A stretch of 63,636 bases of DNA, filler included, from Olpidium bornovanus S191 (taxonomy: Eukaryota > Fungi > Olpidiomycota): the NCBI GenBank assembly GCA_017911155.1. It is 31 parts of 31 records of this genome, joined end to end, with 100 filler letters (N's around TTAATTAATTAA, not from the genome) between each part and the next. Parts side by side here need not be neighbours in the genome. Positions count along the whole stretch, not along the records: positions 25,466 to 27,184 come from JAEFCI010003545.1; positions 27,285 to 28,750 come from JAEFCI010005504.1; positions 28,851 to 31,147 come from JAEFCI010004859.1; positions 31,248 to 33,666 come from JAEFCI010012441.1; positions 33,767 to 37,148 come from JAEFCI010009362.1; 26 more parts are not named here. One strand, written 5' to 3'. Under the pieces are notes generated by a model. The model did no database searches, was not told where the DNA came from, and was given only the letters and a program-made list of their open reading frames with translations. Below, piece after piece: positions 25,952-37,020 of the stretch. A program made the translations under genes and the position numbers. Every line of letters starts with the position of its first letter. Positions within the stretch are counted from its first letter, which is position 1.

Positions 25952-26225
25952 TACTCGCTTTTACCCCGCGGAAAAATTTGAGTAAAGCTGAGGTTCCCCG
26001 CATTTACTCGGTTTTTCGCCGTCAAAAGCACCCCCGCGTAAACGGGAGTGAATGCGGGTAAATCCGATTAAATCCGTTTCCTCACTTTACTCGCTTTTTC
26101 CCCGCGGAAAAATTTGAGTAAAGCTAAGGTTCCCCGCATTTATTCGGTTTTTCGCCGTCAAAAGTACCCCCGCGTAAACAAGAGTAAATGCGGGTAAATC
26201 CGATTAAATCCGTTTCCTCACTTTA
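25952..26225. repeat. Two tandem copies of a 136-bp unit, each with an internal inverted repeat
   Basis: Copies at about 25952-26087 and 26088-26225 differ by a few substitutions. The internal pair is CCCGCATTTACTC / GAGTAAATGCGGG. Confidence 0.92.
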
Positions 26226-27865
26226 AATCGCTTCCCCCCCCTCCCCCCTTTCACCCGCTTTTGCTCGTTGTTCCCCGACCGGGTTCCCGCATCCGTCCCG
26301 GCACCGCCCGTTCACGCTACCGTGCATGCGGGCATACCACGACGCCGTGCTGCCACCCATGCTTCCATCACATCACCATGGAATGGACAGTTGATACCAA
26401 CTCAAGTTCGCTTGTTGCGACGGGGGAAATTTCGATGCGATAGCAAACATCATAAGTAGAAAGGGCGTGTTCGGCGTGGTGCTTGCGAAAGAATGGCTCA
26501 TGTTCATGGCTTTCTCCCGGGCCGTCGAGAACTTCACCGCCGCTTCTGTCATCTACAGCATATCCACAGGATATGCGCATTTCCAAACACAGTTATCACG
26601 GAGCTACCCGCGCTCTGGCTGCTTGGCAATTCCTCTCGGCAGGCGGGTCGTTCGTGTCAAAAGGGACGACGTTGTAGAGCAAGTATTGCCAAAGCTGAAA
26701 CGGCGGTTGCTGGCAAGAGCGCTGTTTTGCTGTCCAGCCTCGTCGTCACTTTCTCTTTTCTCACTCGTCTCTCTTTCGTTTTCGCTTTCTTTTTCTTTCG
26801 TTCGTTCTCCGCCAGGCGTCCCTGCTCTGCTTCTTTTTTTTGCCGTGCTCTCGTCTCGTTTCTGACTTCGGGTCCCTTCCAATGCGTTCGATTCTACGTC
26901 TTAGCTCTGAGTGCGCGCGGGCGCCGTGGGGGGGGGGGGGGCCCGGGGGGGGGGGGGGGTCCTTTTGGAGGTGCGTTTGTGGACGCCACGCTTTGTTAAA
27001 CTGAAAGACGGTGGTGCGTCGATTCGTGAGCTCAAAGGTGAAGAGAACTAACGCCTCCGACAGTCAAATTATCGAGCCCCCACCAGCCCGAATGTTTGGT
27101 TTTTGCTGTGTCGCGGTGCGAAGCTCCTGTGTCTTTGCCCCGATCGTTCGCGACTCGCTCGATCGCGACTCCCCCCCTTTCCCCNNNNNNNNNNNNNNNN
27201 NNNNNNNNNNNNNNNNNNNNNNNNNNNNTTAATTAATTAANNNNNNNNNNNNNNNNNNNNNNNNNNNNNNNNNNNNNNNNNNNNGGGGGGGGGGGGGGGG
27301 GGGGCGGCGGGGGGGGGGGGGCGGGGGGGGGGGGGGGGGGGGGGGGGGGGTGCTTTTGCCGCCCGGTTTGCATTGGAAAAGCGTGCCGGGGGGCGCGGGG
27401 TGTTGTTGGGCCCGCAGAGGAGTTCTCCAGAGTTCGCTCGGCAAACGGAAAAAGGGATTGCGGACAAGGGACGGCGGAAATGCGGGATGGACGCTGGAGG
27501 CCGGCTGTCACGTGACGCACGCGTCTTTTTTCTCTCTTGCTCGCCCGCTCTCCCTCGATCTCACCCACCTTCGGACGCGCGCGGACGCGGAGGGGGCGGA
27601 AAGGAGAGAGCGCGCCGCCGCGGCCATCCCGGAGGCGGTCATAATCTCCCGCCTCTCCCCCTCTCCTTCCCCGTTTCTCCGCGACAAACAGGACCCCACC
27701 CTCCGCCACCTCTCCGCCGGGCGGCCGCGGGGAAGGCGGGCCGCGCGCGCCGGCGCGGGAAGGGAAAAGAGAGGAGAGAAGGGGAAACGGGGAAGAGGAA
27801 GAGAAGCCACCATCCTCCACCGGACACCCTTCCCCCCCTCCCTTCCTCCTCCCAAATAAGAGATC

Positions 27866-28557
27866 ATGCTCAACCCCGAGCATGAGGCCGCCGCCGCCGC
27901 AGGAGGAGGAGGAGGAGGGGAGGAGCAGGCGGGAGCGGTCGCCCCCGGCGGCGGCACCAACAACAGCTCCGAGGAGTGGCTGCTCCTGCGCGTCGGCACC
28001 GTGCCGCGCAGCTCGCTCGGCTGGTTCCGCTGCGGCGTCGGTTTCTACAACAAGAAGGAGTACCCCCGCGCCATCGAGTGCTTCCAGAGAAGCGTGCAGA
28101 TGGACCCGCTGAACGTACCGTAAAAAAAAAGAATAAGAACGAATCATTTTTTTTCAAGGTGCGGGGAAACGGAGGAGCCCTGAACTGACCCACACTCCCC
28201 GCTGACGCGTCCCTGCCCCCGACGCGGGCGGGCGGGGGGGGGACCAATCCGTTCCGCGACCGCACCCCTCCCCAAAAAAGTACAACGCGTTTCAGATCTT
28301 AGCGCGGGCGTGCATCGCGGTCAACAGTACGTTTTGACGTCGCAAACTTCCTCGCAGTGGAAGCGGCAGATTGTCTCCGCCCCGCGAAAACGTGAAACCG
28401 TCTTCTGACCTTTCCGCACCCCGCGCCCCCGGGGCGGAAAATTAAAAAATCTCCAGGAAAAGACGACGCGATCGCCGCCCTGAAGCAGTCGGTGAACCTG
28501 GACAACCCCTCGGACTGGCAGCTCCTGGTCGAGCTGACGGCGAGCCGCGACCAGTGA
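27866..28557 (+). CDS. Small TPR-like protein (131 aa), complete, 3 exons
   Basis: Exons 27866-28114, 28281-28326 and 28457-28557 splice in frame to ..WFRCGVGFYNKKEYPRAIECFQRSVQMDPLN|YNAFQILARACIAVN|RKDDAIAALKQSVNLDNPSDWQLLVELTASRDQ*. Confidence 0.8.
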
Positions 28558-28850
28558 AACAGAAACCACCTCCTCCCCGCCCTCCCTCCGTTACCGGTCG
28601 CCCGCGCCGCAGGGTCGACAAAACCTTTTTTCCCGGACCTGGGAAATCCCCTTCCCCCGGCCGCTGGCTTCCCCCGCCCAGGTAGGGGGAGGGTGGGGGC
28701 GGGGGAAGCCAGGGGGCGGGAGAGAGGAGAAAAAAGAAAAAAAAAAAAAANNNNNNNNNNNNNNNNNNNNNNNNNNNNNNNNNNNNNNNNNNNNTTAATT
28801 AATTAANNNNNNNNNNNNNNNNNNNNNNNNNNNNNNNNNNNNNNNNNNNN

Positions 28851-29398
28851 CCAGGGTTTCTTTGCGATGCGGAAGCACGCGGACAACATACTGCTGCTCG
28901 TGGATATGATGCAGAGCGGTGAGTTCATACCGCCTTCCTCGCCCTCGCTGCATTCTCTCCTTTATCCATGCGGCCAATCTTTTTCTTTTCTTCCAGAGGC
29001 GGAAGCTTTTTGTGCCCACTGACAAATCCAACGGCTTGGAACGTTCCCGCCCCATACCGGCGCAGACTCGAAGCTCGCGTGCTTCGCCCATGCAAACACC
29101 ACCCAGGCGCTCAAAGACAGGTTTCAGCTGACGCTGACGGAGCCGCAGGCGGCTGAATTTGCGGAGACGCTGATCATGAAGAGCTGCTACAACGTGTTCA
29201 CGCGGCTGTATGACGTGTTCCAGTATCAGACAAACGGTGGGTTTCGCCATCTTTGGATCTGGGCGTCTCCTCGTTTTCCGGGTGAAGGGGGAGGGAAGAA
29301 GGTGGGAAGACGGTTTCGTGTTGACCGGTAGGCTACGAATTGTTTATTTGTTGACGTTGGCTCTTTCGCCGCCGCCCGATGCTCCAGGAATTTTATGA
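28851..29398 (+). CDS. PIK1: Phosphatidylinositol 4-kinase beta (Pik1), C-terminal exons
   Basis: QGFFAMRKHADNILLLVDMMQS|..ALKDRFQLTLTE..LIMKSCYNVFTRLYDVFQYQTN|GIL*. Confidence 0.9.
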
Positions 29399-30095
29399 AG
29401 GACCCGCCGTGACCGGGTTCTCTAGATTACCCCTCCCACTGTCTGTGGGCAGTATCATCAATTTTGATTTTTGGTTTTGTAGAGAGCTGTTCCTGGTCGG
29501 TGGTATTGTTCGTGAAGCATACCACACAACGCGTTCCAACTGGCCTCGATCCGGACGTCTTTTTCCTGCCCGCCGCTTGCGCACTGAAATTTTTGTGCAA
29601 AAAAGTTCCGATTGGTGACGTTTTAAATGGTCTTTTTTTTTACTCTCGGTATTTTTGGGTAGAGAAACGGGGAGAGGAGGGAGAGGGAGGGTAACGTTCC
29701 GTCCTTCCATCCTGAAGCTGTTCCACGGGAGGCTGGCGCAGTTGCAAGTGCGAACGAAGTTCTTCTAGAGACGGAGCTCTCAGTTTCCCAAGGAGGCCAG
29801 AACGTCGCGATCTGTTGGGTTGCTCACGCGTTGTCCCGTAGCCTTGGTCAAGGGGCTCAAACGCGTATCGCACCAGGGAACGCCCGAGTTCTCTCCAGAT
29901 CCGTTCTGCAAACATCTGAAGCATCCGACCAGTTAGCGCGTGGCACGGGGCCGTGCGCCCTCCCACGGCCCACGGGCAAAAGAGCTCACCCGTCCTGCCT
30001 CGCGGTGGGAACGCTGACTCTGTTGTCAAGTATCGTGAAGAATGGAGCGGGGGTAGTGCGTAGTGACACGAGTCGAGCAATGTGACGTGGTTGCA

Positions 30096-30160
30096 GAGCG
30101 AGGTGACAAGGCTGAGCGAGGGGACAAGGCGGAGCGCGGTGACAAGATGGAGCCCGGTGT
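30096..30160. repeat. 18-bp tandem repeat, about 3.5 copies (GAGCGAGGTGACAAGGCT-like)
   Basis: Units start at 30096, 30114, 30132 and 30150. Confidence 0.8.
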
Positions 30161-30285
30161 GAGCGAAGCAGGGAGCGCGTAATCGGCAGGGCGGTCGAGG
30201 GGAGGGACAAAAGGGGCCCAGGGGGAAGAGAGAGTTGCGATCCGTGATAAATAGTAAGCTGTCAAGGAAGTACAGCATCCAAAGC

Positions 30286-30358
30286 GGGGAATTAGCTCAG
30301 ATGGTAGAGCGCTCGCTTAGCATGCGAGAGGCACGGGGATCGATACCCCGATTCTCCA
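30286..30358 (+). tRNA. tRNA-Ala (AGC)
   Basis: Full cloverleaf: GGGGAAT/ATTCTCC acceptor, GCTC/GAGC D-stem, CTCGC-TTAGCAT-GCGAG anticodon arm, CGGGG-ATCGATA-CCCCG T-arm. A TTTT Pol III terminator follows. Confidence 0.97.
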
Positions 30359-31247
30359 CTTTTATGTTTTAATTTTGCCCTACCCCGCCTTTTGAGCTCC
30401 AACCCGGCCGAAACAGGCGTTCCCGCGCGATTCCGCTGCGGCTTAAAAAAAAAGGGGGGGGGGATTGTGTGCGGGCGTTATGAAGGGGGTAATCGGCATG
30501 ACACTACCTTTCGGAAGACGGTGTCGTGGAACGATTTGAGATGAAGCACACACCGTCTGCCGACTGTACTGTGGTGCGGTTTGTACGCTGTGTGGGAAGC
30601 CGTGTTTGTCCAACGGCTTGACTTTTTTCCCCCAATGTTGCGCCATCCAACAAGGCGGACCTCAAATCCAGAAATTCAATAAGCACCCCCCCACTCTACC
30701 GAGCCCAAAGCTCTCGGTCGAGATTTTCTGAAATCTTTTCTTCCCAGAAATTTGCAAAAGGCGTTTCGCGAGACCCCGCTGCGGCATATATTGTACATAT
30801 CACAGGAGGCCTCTTATAAACCTCGGGGCCAACCGTGGACTTGTACAAGCTGGTACAAGAATGTCAAAATTTAATTGCCAGAGATTGCCGCTGGTGCCAG
30901 AACCGAAAATCGTTCCGGCTGCGGCTGGGACTTAGGGAATGTTTGCAGCCACGGCAGACGATAGTGTCAAAGAGCGACGGCAGGTGTCGGGCAGTCGAAC
31001 GTCGACGGTAATGGCAAACCAACCGTCATGGTAATGTCTTGCAGGCGGTGACGGGGACGCCATCGGTGGTGACGGTGGTATGGGGGATTTTCTAATACAA
31101 CAACGGTGACTGTGGTGACGTCGACGGCAAGCGGGCGGCTGATGACGNNNNNNNNNNNNNNNNNNNNNNNNNNNNNNNNNNNNNNNNNNNNTTAATTAAT
31201 TAANNNNNNNNNNNNNNNNNNNNNNNNNNNNNNNNNNNNNNNNNNNN

Positions 31248-32178
31248 CTAGAGGAAATAAGGCGTGTTCGCCGACGCGCGCTGCGGGATTCTGCGCTCGT
31301 TGTCCGGCACGGCGTTGAAAATTTTGAAGTTGGACTCGTCGATGTCCAGCGACTCGTCGATCTGCATGATGGAAGCCACGTTGCCGCACCGGTAGCAGTA
31401 GTTGGGCGCCGACCACACCGTCACGAGGTTGTTGTCGGGGAACATGAACTTGTAGCCCTCCTGGACCAGCTGGTGCGCGCGCGCGATCAGGATGAGGTTG
31501 TTGACCTGGTTGAACTCCGCCGCCACCTTCGCCCCGAACAGCCAGCCCGCGCCGCGCGGGCTCACCGCCCACGCTTCCACGTCCTCCGGGTCCGACCACA
31601 TGAGATCTGAGGGGAGCAAAAGCGGAAAAGGGCGGCCCGGCGGCGCACCCGGTCTTTAGACGGAATCCCCCATCGGAGAAACAAAAAGAAAAGTAATCTT
31701 CGGCTTTGCGCCTAACCCGGGGGGGAATCTTCGCGAACCCCAGGCGTGCGACCCATCGTCCTCACCGCAGAACGACCCTTCGTGCGGTATCTCCTGGCAC
31801 CGTTGGATCGTTCGTATTTGGTCTAGTGTCCGGACGTCCGGTGAAAGACCACCGTGTACACAGAGAATTCGACCGTCCACAATCTGTAAAACGAGGGGCG
31901 ACGGAGTCAGAAATCCAAACCTCGTGGCCCGGCGGAAGGGGAAGATTGTCCCGGCGGACAACCACAAAAAAAAAAACTGAAAATTGAACGCTCACCGCTG
32001 CCAACGTTAAATAATCGAAGACCTGGCAACAATACTTCCACACGTTCGCGTTGCCGTATTTTTGCTGGCATTCGTCTGCGCGTCGGATTTTGACGGTTGC
32101 GAGGACGGGGAGGAGGGAAGGGGGGGCGCGGCGAGCAAATGAATCCGAGCGTGATCTGACGTTAGCGCACGGCGGCGG

Positions 32179-32216
<38 letters not shown>

Positions 32217-33406
32217 CCCGCCCGGCTTTTCCGTCGCGGAGTTTCAAGGCGGGCCGGGGGTCTCACCAAAAAAGCCGTAAACTTGGGTGATCTGGCGGCT
32301 CTCATGGTTCCCGCGCAATAACGTTATTCGGTCCGGGTACCTCGCTTTGAGCACCATGAGCAAGGTGAAGGTCTCCAGGCTGTAGTATCCTCTGTCGACG
32401 AAATCCCCCTGGTTAAGGAGGATGCGGAACGGGCGATCCGTGAGCCCGGCTGGACGTTCTGCCCGCCGTTCTGGGAGAGACAGCACGGTCTCCTCCCTCC
32501 TCTTCGTTCGCCCTCCTCCCTCCCCCTTGTTCGTTCTCCTCCGTCCGTGCGCAGCAGAAACGCGTCCGCTGTTCTAGGAAAGGCGGTCCTAACCTCTCTC
32601 CCTTCCACTTTTCCTCTCCTCCTCCCTCCGCCTGCAGCAGCAACGCGTCCGTTCAAGCTCGAACGCCGCCCGGCCCGCAGTTACACGCGGCAGGGAACGC
32701 GAGAGCTCGGCGCGCCCCCTCTCCGCGGCCGCAGCACCGCTTCGCTTAGAAGTCGTTTTCGGCGTCTGGAGGATGGACCACTCCCCCGCCTTGAAAATGC
32801 GTCGCCGCGAAGGAGACCGCACCGGACGGCGGGGACAAACGAAGGCTCAAACGTTCTTTCCCTGCTCCCTCCGAGAACCAAATACGGCGGCGGCGGGACA
32901 CTGCTCTTTTTACCATAAAGATATAACAAGTATCCGGTGCGTCCCCGCCCACTCTGAACAGCTCCAGCAGGTCGTAGAATTGTCCGTGGATGTCACCGCA
33001 CACAGTCACCGGCGAGTAGACAGGCTGGACGTTGGAATCCTCCATGAGCAGCTCTTTCACCTTGTAGCGTTCGACGCGCGCGGGGGACCCGGAGCGGTGC
33101 GGGAAAAGGGGCGGGAGCGGCGAGCATCAGCGATCTTCCGTCCGCGTTCCGGGCGGGGACACCGCCTCGAGAGGCAAATATGCTCTTTTTTCTTCTCTCT
33201 CTCTTTTTTCTTTTCTTTTTTTTTCGCGGCGATTGAGGGCACCACCCCGGCCGTTGGGGCCTGCCAAAAGCGAAGCTGGGGCAGGCCGAGAGAGAGACCA
33301 CCGGTTCCTGGGTCCGTTTTACCATCTCGCAGAGCTTCTTCATGTCCACTTCGGGGAGGTACTTGCATTGTCGCACGGCCTCCAGCCACTCGTCCGGTCC
33401 GGGCAT
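31248..33406 (-). CDS. SIT4: Ser/Thr phosphatase PP6 catalytic subunit (Sit4/Ppe1), complete
   Basis: [80 protein letters not shown] and C-terminal TPYFL*. Confidence 0.96.
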
Positions 33407-33573
33407 AACAGCTCTGCCGCTCCCTCTTTCTCTTTTTTTTTTTTTTTTTTTTTGGTTGTTCTTCTTTCCCTAAATCTGTGTCCCGCCCTGTCTTTTTCTT
33501 CCCCGCGCCGCCTCCGTTTTCACCTGAAGGGAGTGGGGGCTTGCGCGAAGGGAGGGGAGCGGGTGGCGGGTGG

Positions 33574-33605
<32 letters not shown>

Positions 33606-34006
33606 CGGGGCGGGGCGGGGGGGGGCGGGGGGGGGGAGGGGGAGGGGGGGGGGGGAGAGCCCCTGCNNNNNNNNNNNNNNNNNNNNNNNNNNNNNNNNNN
33701 NNNNNNNNNNTTAATTAATTAANNNNNNNNNNNNNNNNNNNNNNNNNNNNNNNNNNNNNNNNNNNNCGGGCGGGGCCCCGCCCCCCCGCCGGTGACACGC
33801 GCGGTCCGGCGAGCCGGCTCTGCGGCGGTGCTGCGCTTGACAGGCGACCCTGCTCCCCACCTCCCCGACGCTCCGTGCGCGTGCTGTCGAACCGCGACGC
33901 AGAAGACTTCCGAGATTGCGCTCTTCCTTCCCGCGGAGCGCCTCCCATGGCCCGGCTTGGGGAGACGACTAAACCGCCGCCACGGGCTATCCCTTCACGG
34001 CCCCCT

Positions 34007-34045
<39 letters not shown>

Positions 34046-34410
34046 AGCGGGACCGCATTTGTTCTCTCGCCTTTTTCCGGGGAAAAGGGGAACGTGCGCG
34101 CGGCGGGAGGACTGCGGAGGAGGACGGGGAGGAAGAGGGGGGCGGCCGCTGCGTTGGGGTTTGGTTGGCGGCCGGTGGCGGCGATAGGAGAACGCCACCG
34201 TCCCCGAGGGTGCGCGGCGGTGTGAGATCCGCCCCGTCCCGTCCGCCCCGCTGTTTCGGGGGTTTCCGGCGTCGCCCGTCGTATCGAACCCGCTTTCAGA
34301 TAGGCAACAGAAAACCCCATCTTCCTCTGGCGTCCGATGATCATCTCGCTCCGTCTGCGTCTCCCCGGCCCCGCCCCTCCTCTCGCTCCCGCCCACCCCC
34401 AGTCCGACAC

Positions 34411-37020
34411 ATGCCCGAACGTGGTCTCGCCATTCCGAACCCGGGCGAAGCCGCCCTGCAACCTAAACGCGGCGTCTCCATGATGGATGATCTGAAACTC
34501 GCTGGTCGGCCCGGCGGCGGCGGCGCCGGCGGCGGCGCCGGCAGCGGCGGCGGCGGCGGCGGCGGCGGTCCCGGCGGCCCCAGCGGCGATGCGAACTCCG
34601 ACACGAGCCAAGGGAAAGGCCGCTACCCGACGCCCGGACAAAGGAAGCTGCCGCTCACCGTCGACACGGCCGTGCAGCAGCAGGCGGCGGGGGGACCGTT
34701 TCAAGAAAGGAAGGCGCCGTCGCGCCTGTCGCCGACGAAGGCCACGGGGTATGCCAAGTTCCCGGCGGCGAGCGCCGCCGCTGCCGCCGCCGACCGGCGG
34801 GCCAGGCGGAGGTCGTCAGCCGACAACGCCCGCGGGCTGGCGAACGCGGCGGCCGCCGAGTCGGCGTCGCCTTCCTCGCCGGCGAAGACGCCGCTGAGCG
34901 CGGTCAGCCTGGGATCGCCCAACAACGCCACGCTGATCTCGCGGAAGCCGAGGTCGCTGAGCTTTTACCTCGACCTCCAATCCGCCGAGCAGGCCAAGCG
35001 GTGGCGGCAGGCGCGCGGCGGCTCCGGTGCCGTTTTCCTAGATGCCCCCGCCGGGTTTCATGCCTTCGGCGCCCTCGGCTGGGACAGAGCTGCCTCTGGC
35101 CACGGGTTTTCGTTCGGCTCGGGGCGGCGGCGGCGCTCGAGCAGGCGCGCCCCCGCGGCGGACGAGACCGACCACATCACGCGCATGAACGCCCGACTGC
35201 TCAAGGCGTCGCTGTACCGATCGCGGTACCTGCACGAGCGCCGGATGATGCTCAAGACCAAGTCCGAGATCATCAAGAACCGCGTGCTGCTCCAGAAGTA
35301 CAAAGAGCGCCTGCACCAGCTGCGGCTGCGCACGCGGCAGGAATTCGACATGACCGCCGCGGACATGAAGCGGCGGCTGATTATCCAGACGAACGCGGAA
35401 AGGTGGAGCGCTCAGGTCCGGCGGGCGCAAATGATCTCAAACCTGAACCGGATCCGGAAAGCTCTCCAGCTGCGCAGGTCGTACTCGGATTACTTTGCGC
35501 AGTCCGTGTCGGCGATGCAGGACGTTGAAGACTCCGCGCAGGCCTACACGTACGCGGGCGGCGCGCAGTCCAAGGACTCGGTCGTCCTTCAACACTCCGC
35601 CTACCCGAACGGCAGGTCGGAGCAGGCGCCGCAAGTGCAGGGGTTCCGCGACCGGTTGTCGGCCGAAGCTGCCAGGATGGACGTCGCCGGCGGAAGCTCG
35701 CCGCTCTCCCCGGCGTTCACGCCGCCGTCCTCCGCGGTCGCCTACCAGATGCGGGCGGGGCCTGGCCAGGCCGCCCTGTCTACGCCGTCCTCGGCGTCAC
35801 CGTCGTCCGCCGGTCTTCCTCACGTGAGCGGAAGCGAAGCCATCCTCACAATCCCCGTGGCCGTCAACTCGCAATGGCATTACGCGCCCGTCTCCCCGAG
35901 CCAGGTCAGCCCGGAGCCCGCGGTAGGTCACCTGACAAGGTTGCCGTCGCCCGTGTCGCCTCTCAAGCGCTCGGCGTCGGTTCCGTTGCTCGGCGAGTCC
36001 GGCGGCGAGTCGACCTTCGCCACGCCGGCGGCCCTGCCGCTTCCGTCGCCGATCCCGCACGGCGTCCTCCTCGACGGCGCGCCGCCACCCATCACGGCCA
36101 TGACGCTCCGGGAGCTGGATTTCGACGAGATCACGAAAGAGGTCCAGCTGCGACACGACCTGGTGTTTGACCCCGGCCTGACGCTCAGGCGCAACTTCGA
36201 GGGCGAGGCGGGCGCGGTCAAGCAGGCCAAGGGCGACGATTACTGGGCGAAGCTCGAGGCGGAGCTGGAAGGGAAGCCGTACGTCATGCCGCAGTCGGTC
36301 GCCGACCTCCCCGAGCATCTCGCGCAGTCGCCGATTATCCAGGCCAGCAGGGAGTGTCACGCCAGGCAGGAGATGCTGGCCGAGGCGCAGCGGGAGCCGC
36401 GCTCGCCCAGTTTTCGGCGCGTCCCGTACCTCGTCCTCGAAGCACGCAAGATCATGCAGGACCTCATCCCGTTCAGCGAGACGTTCTACCGCGAGCTCAA
36501 CGAAAAGATGGACGTTGAGCTGATCGCGCAGCAGTGCGAGAAGGGCGTGTGGGTGATGTCCGGCCTCGCCGAGTGGATCGCGGGCGTCCTCCACGCGAAC
36601 TGCGCCCCGTTCCGCGACGTCCTGGCCCACAACTTCGTCAGCGACGTGAAAGAGGGCCGCTACGGGAAGGCCTTCCGCGGCCTGTTCGAGCTGCTCGAAC
36701 TGATGAAGCTGGTGAGAGGGGATTTCACCCGCCTCCCCACGGTCGTCCTGAAGGATACGCCCCGAGCGTCAGGCGCGGTCCTGGGGAAAATCACCGGCCC
36801 GCAACGCGATGCTGTTTGCGTCTGGTACTGCGCGAACGGCTGCGATTTCTGACGCTTCCCCATATTGCGCGCTCGGGCGATGCAGGACGTCGCCAACTAC
36901 CAGATGAGCACGAAATGCCGGCACGAGATCGTCCAGTCCGCCGCCGAGTACGAGTGGAAATATTTCAAAACTCGCCTGGACGTGGAAATGCTTACGCTAG
37001 ACGGGACCGCAGAATGGCTC
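34411..37020 (+). CDS. SOK1: T-complex protein 11 / Sok1 family protein, 3' truncated
   Basis: PPITAMTLRELDFDEITKEVQLRHDLVFDPGL..KGDDYW, MDVELIAQQ, NCAPFRD, GLFELLELMKL|DVANYQM..AAEYEWKYF. Large exon 34411-36711. Confidence 0.88.
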
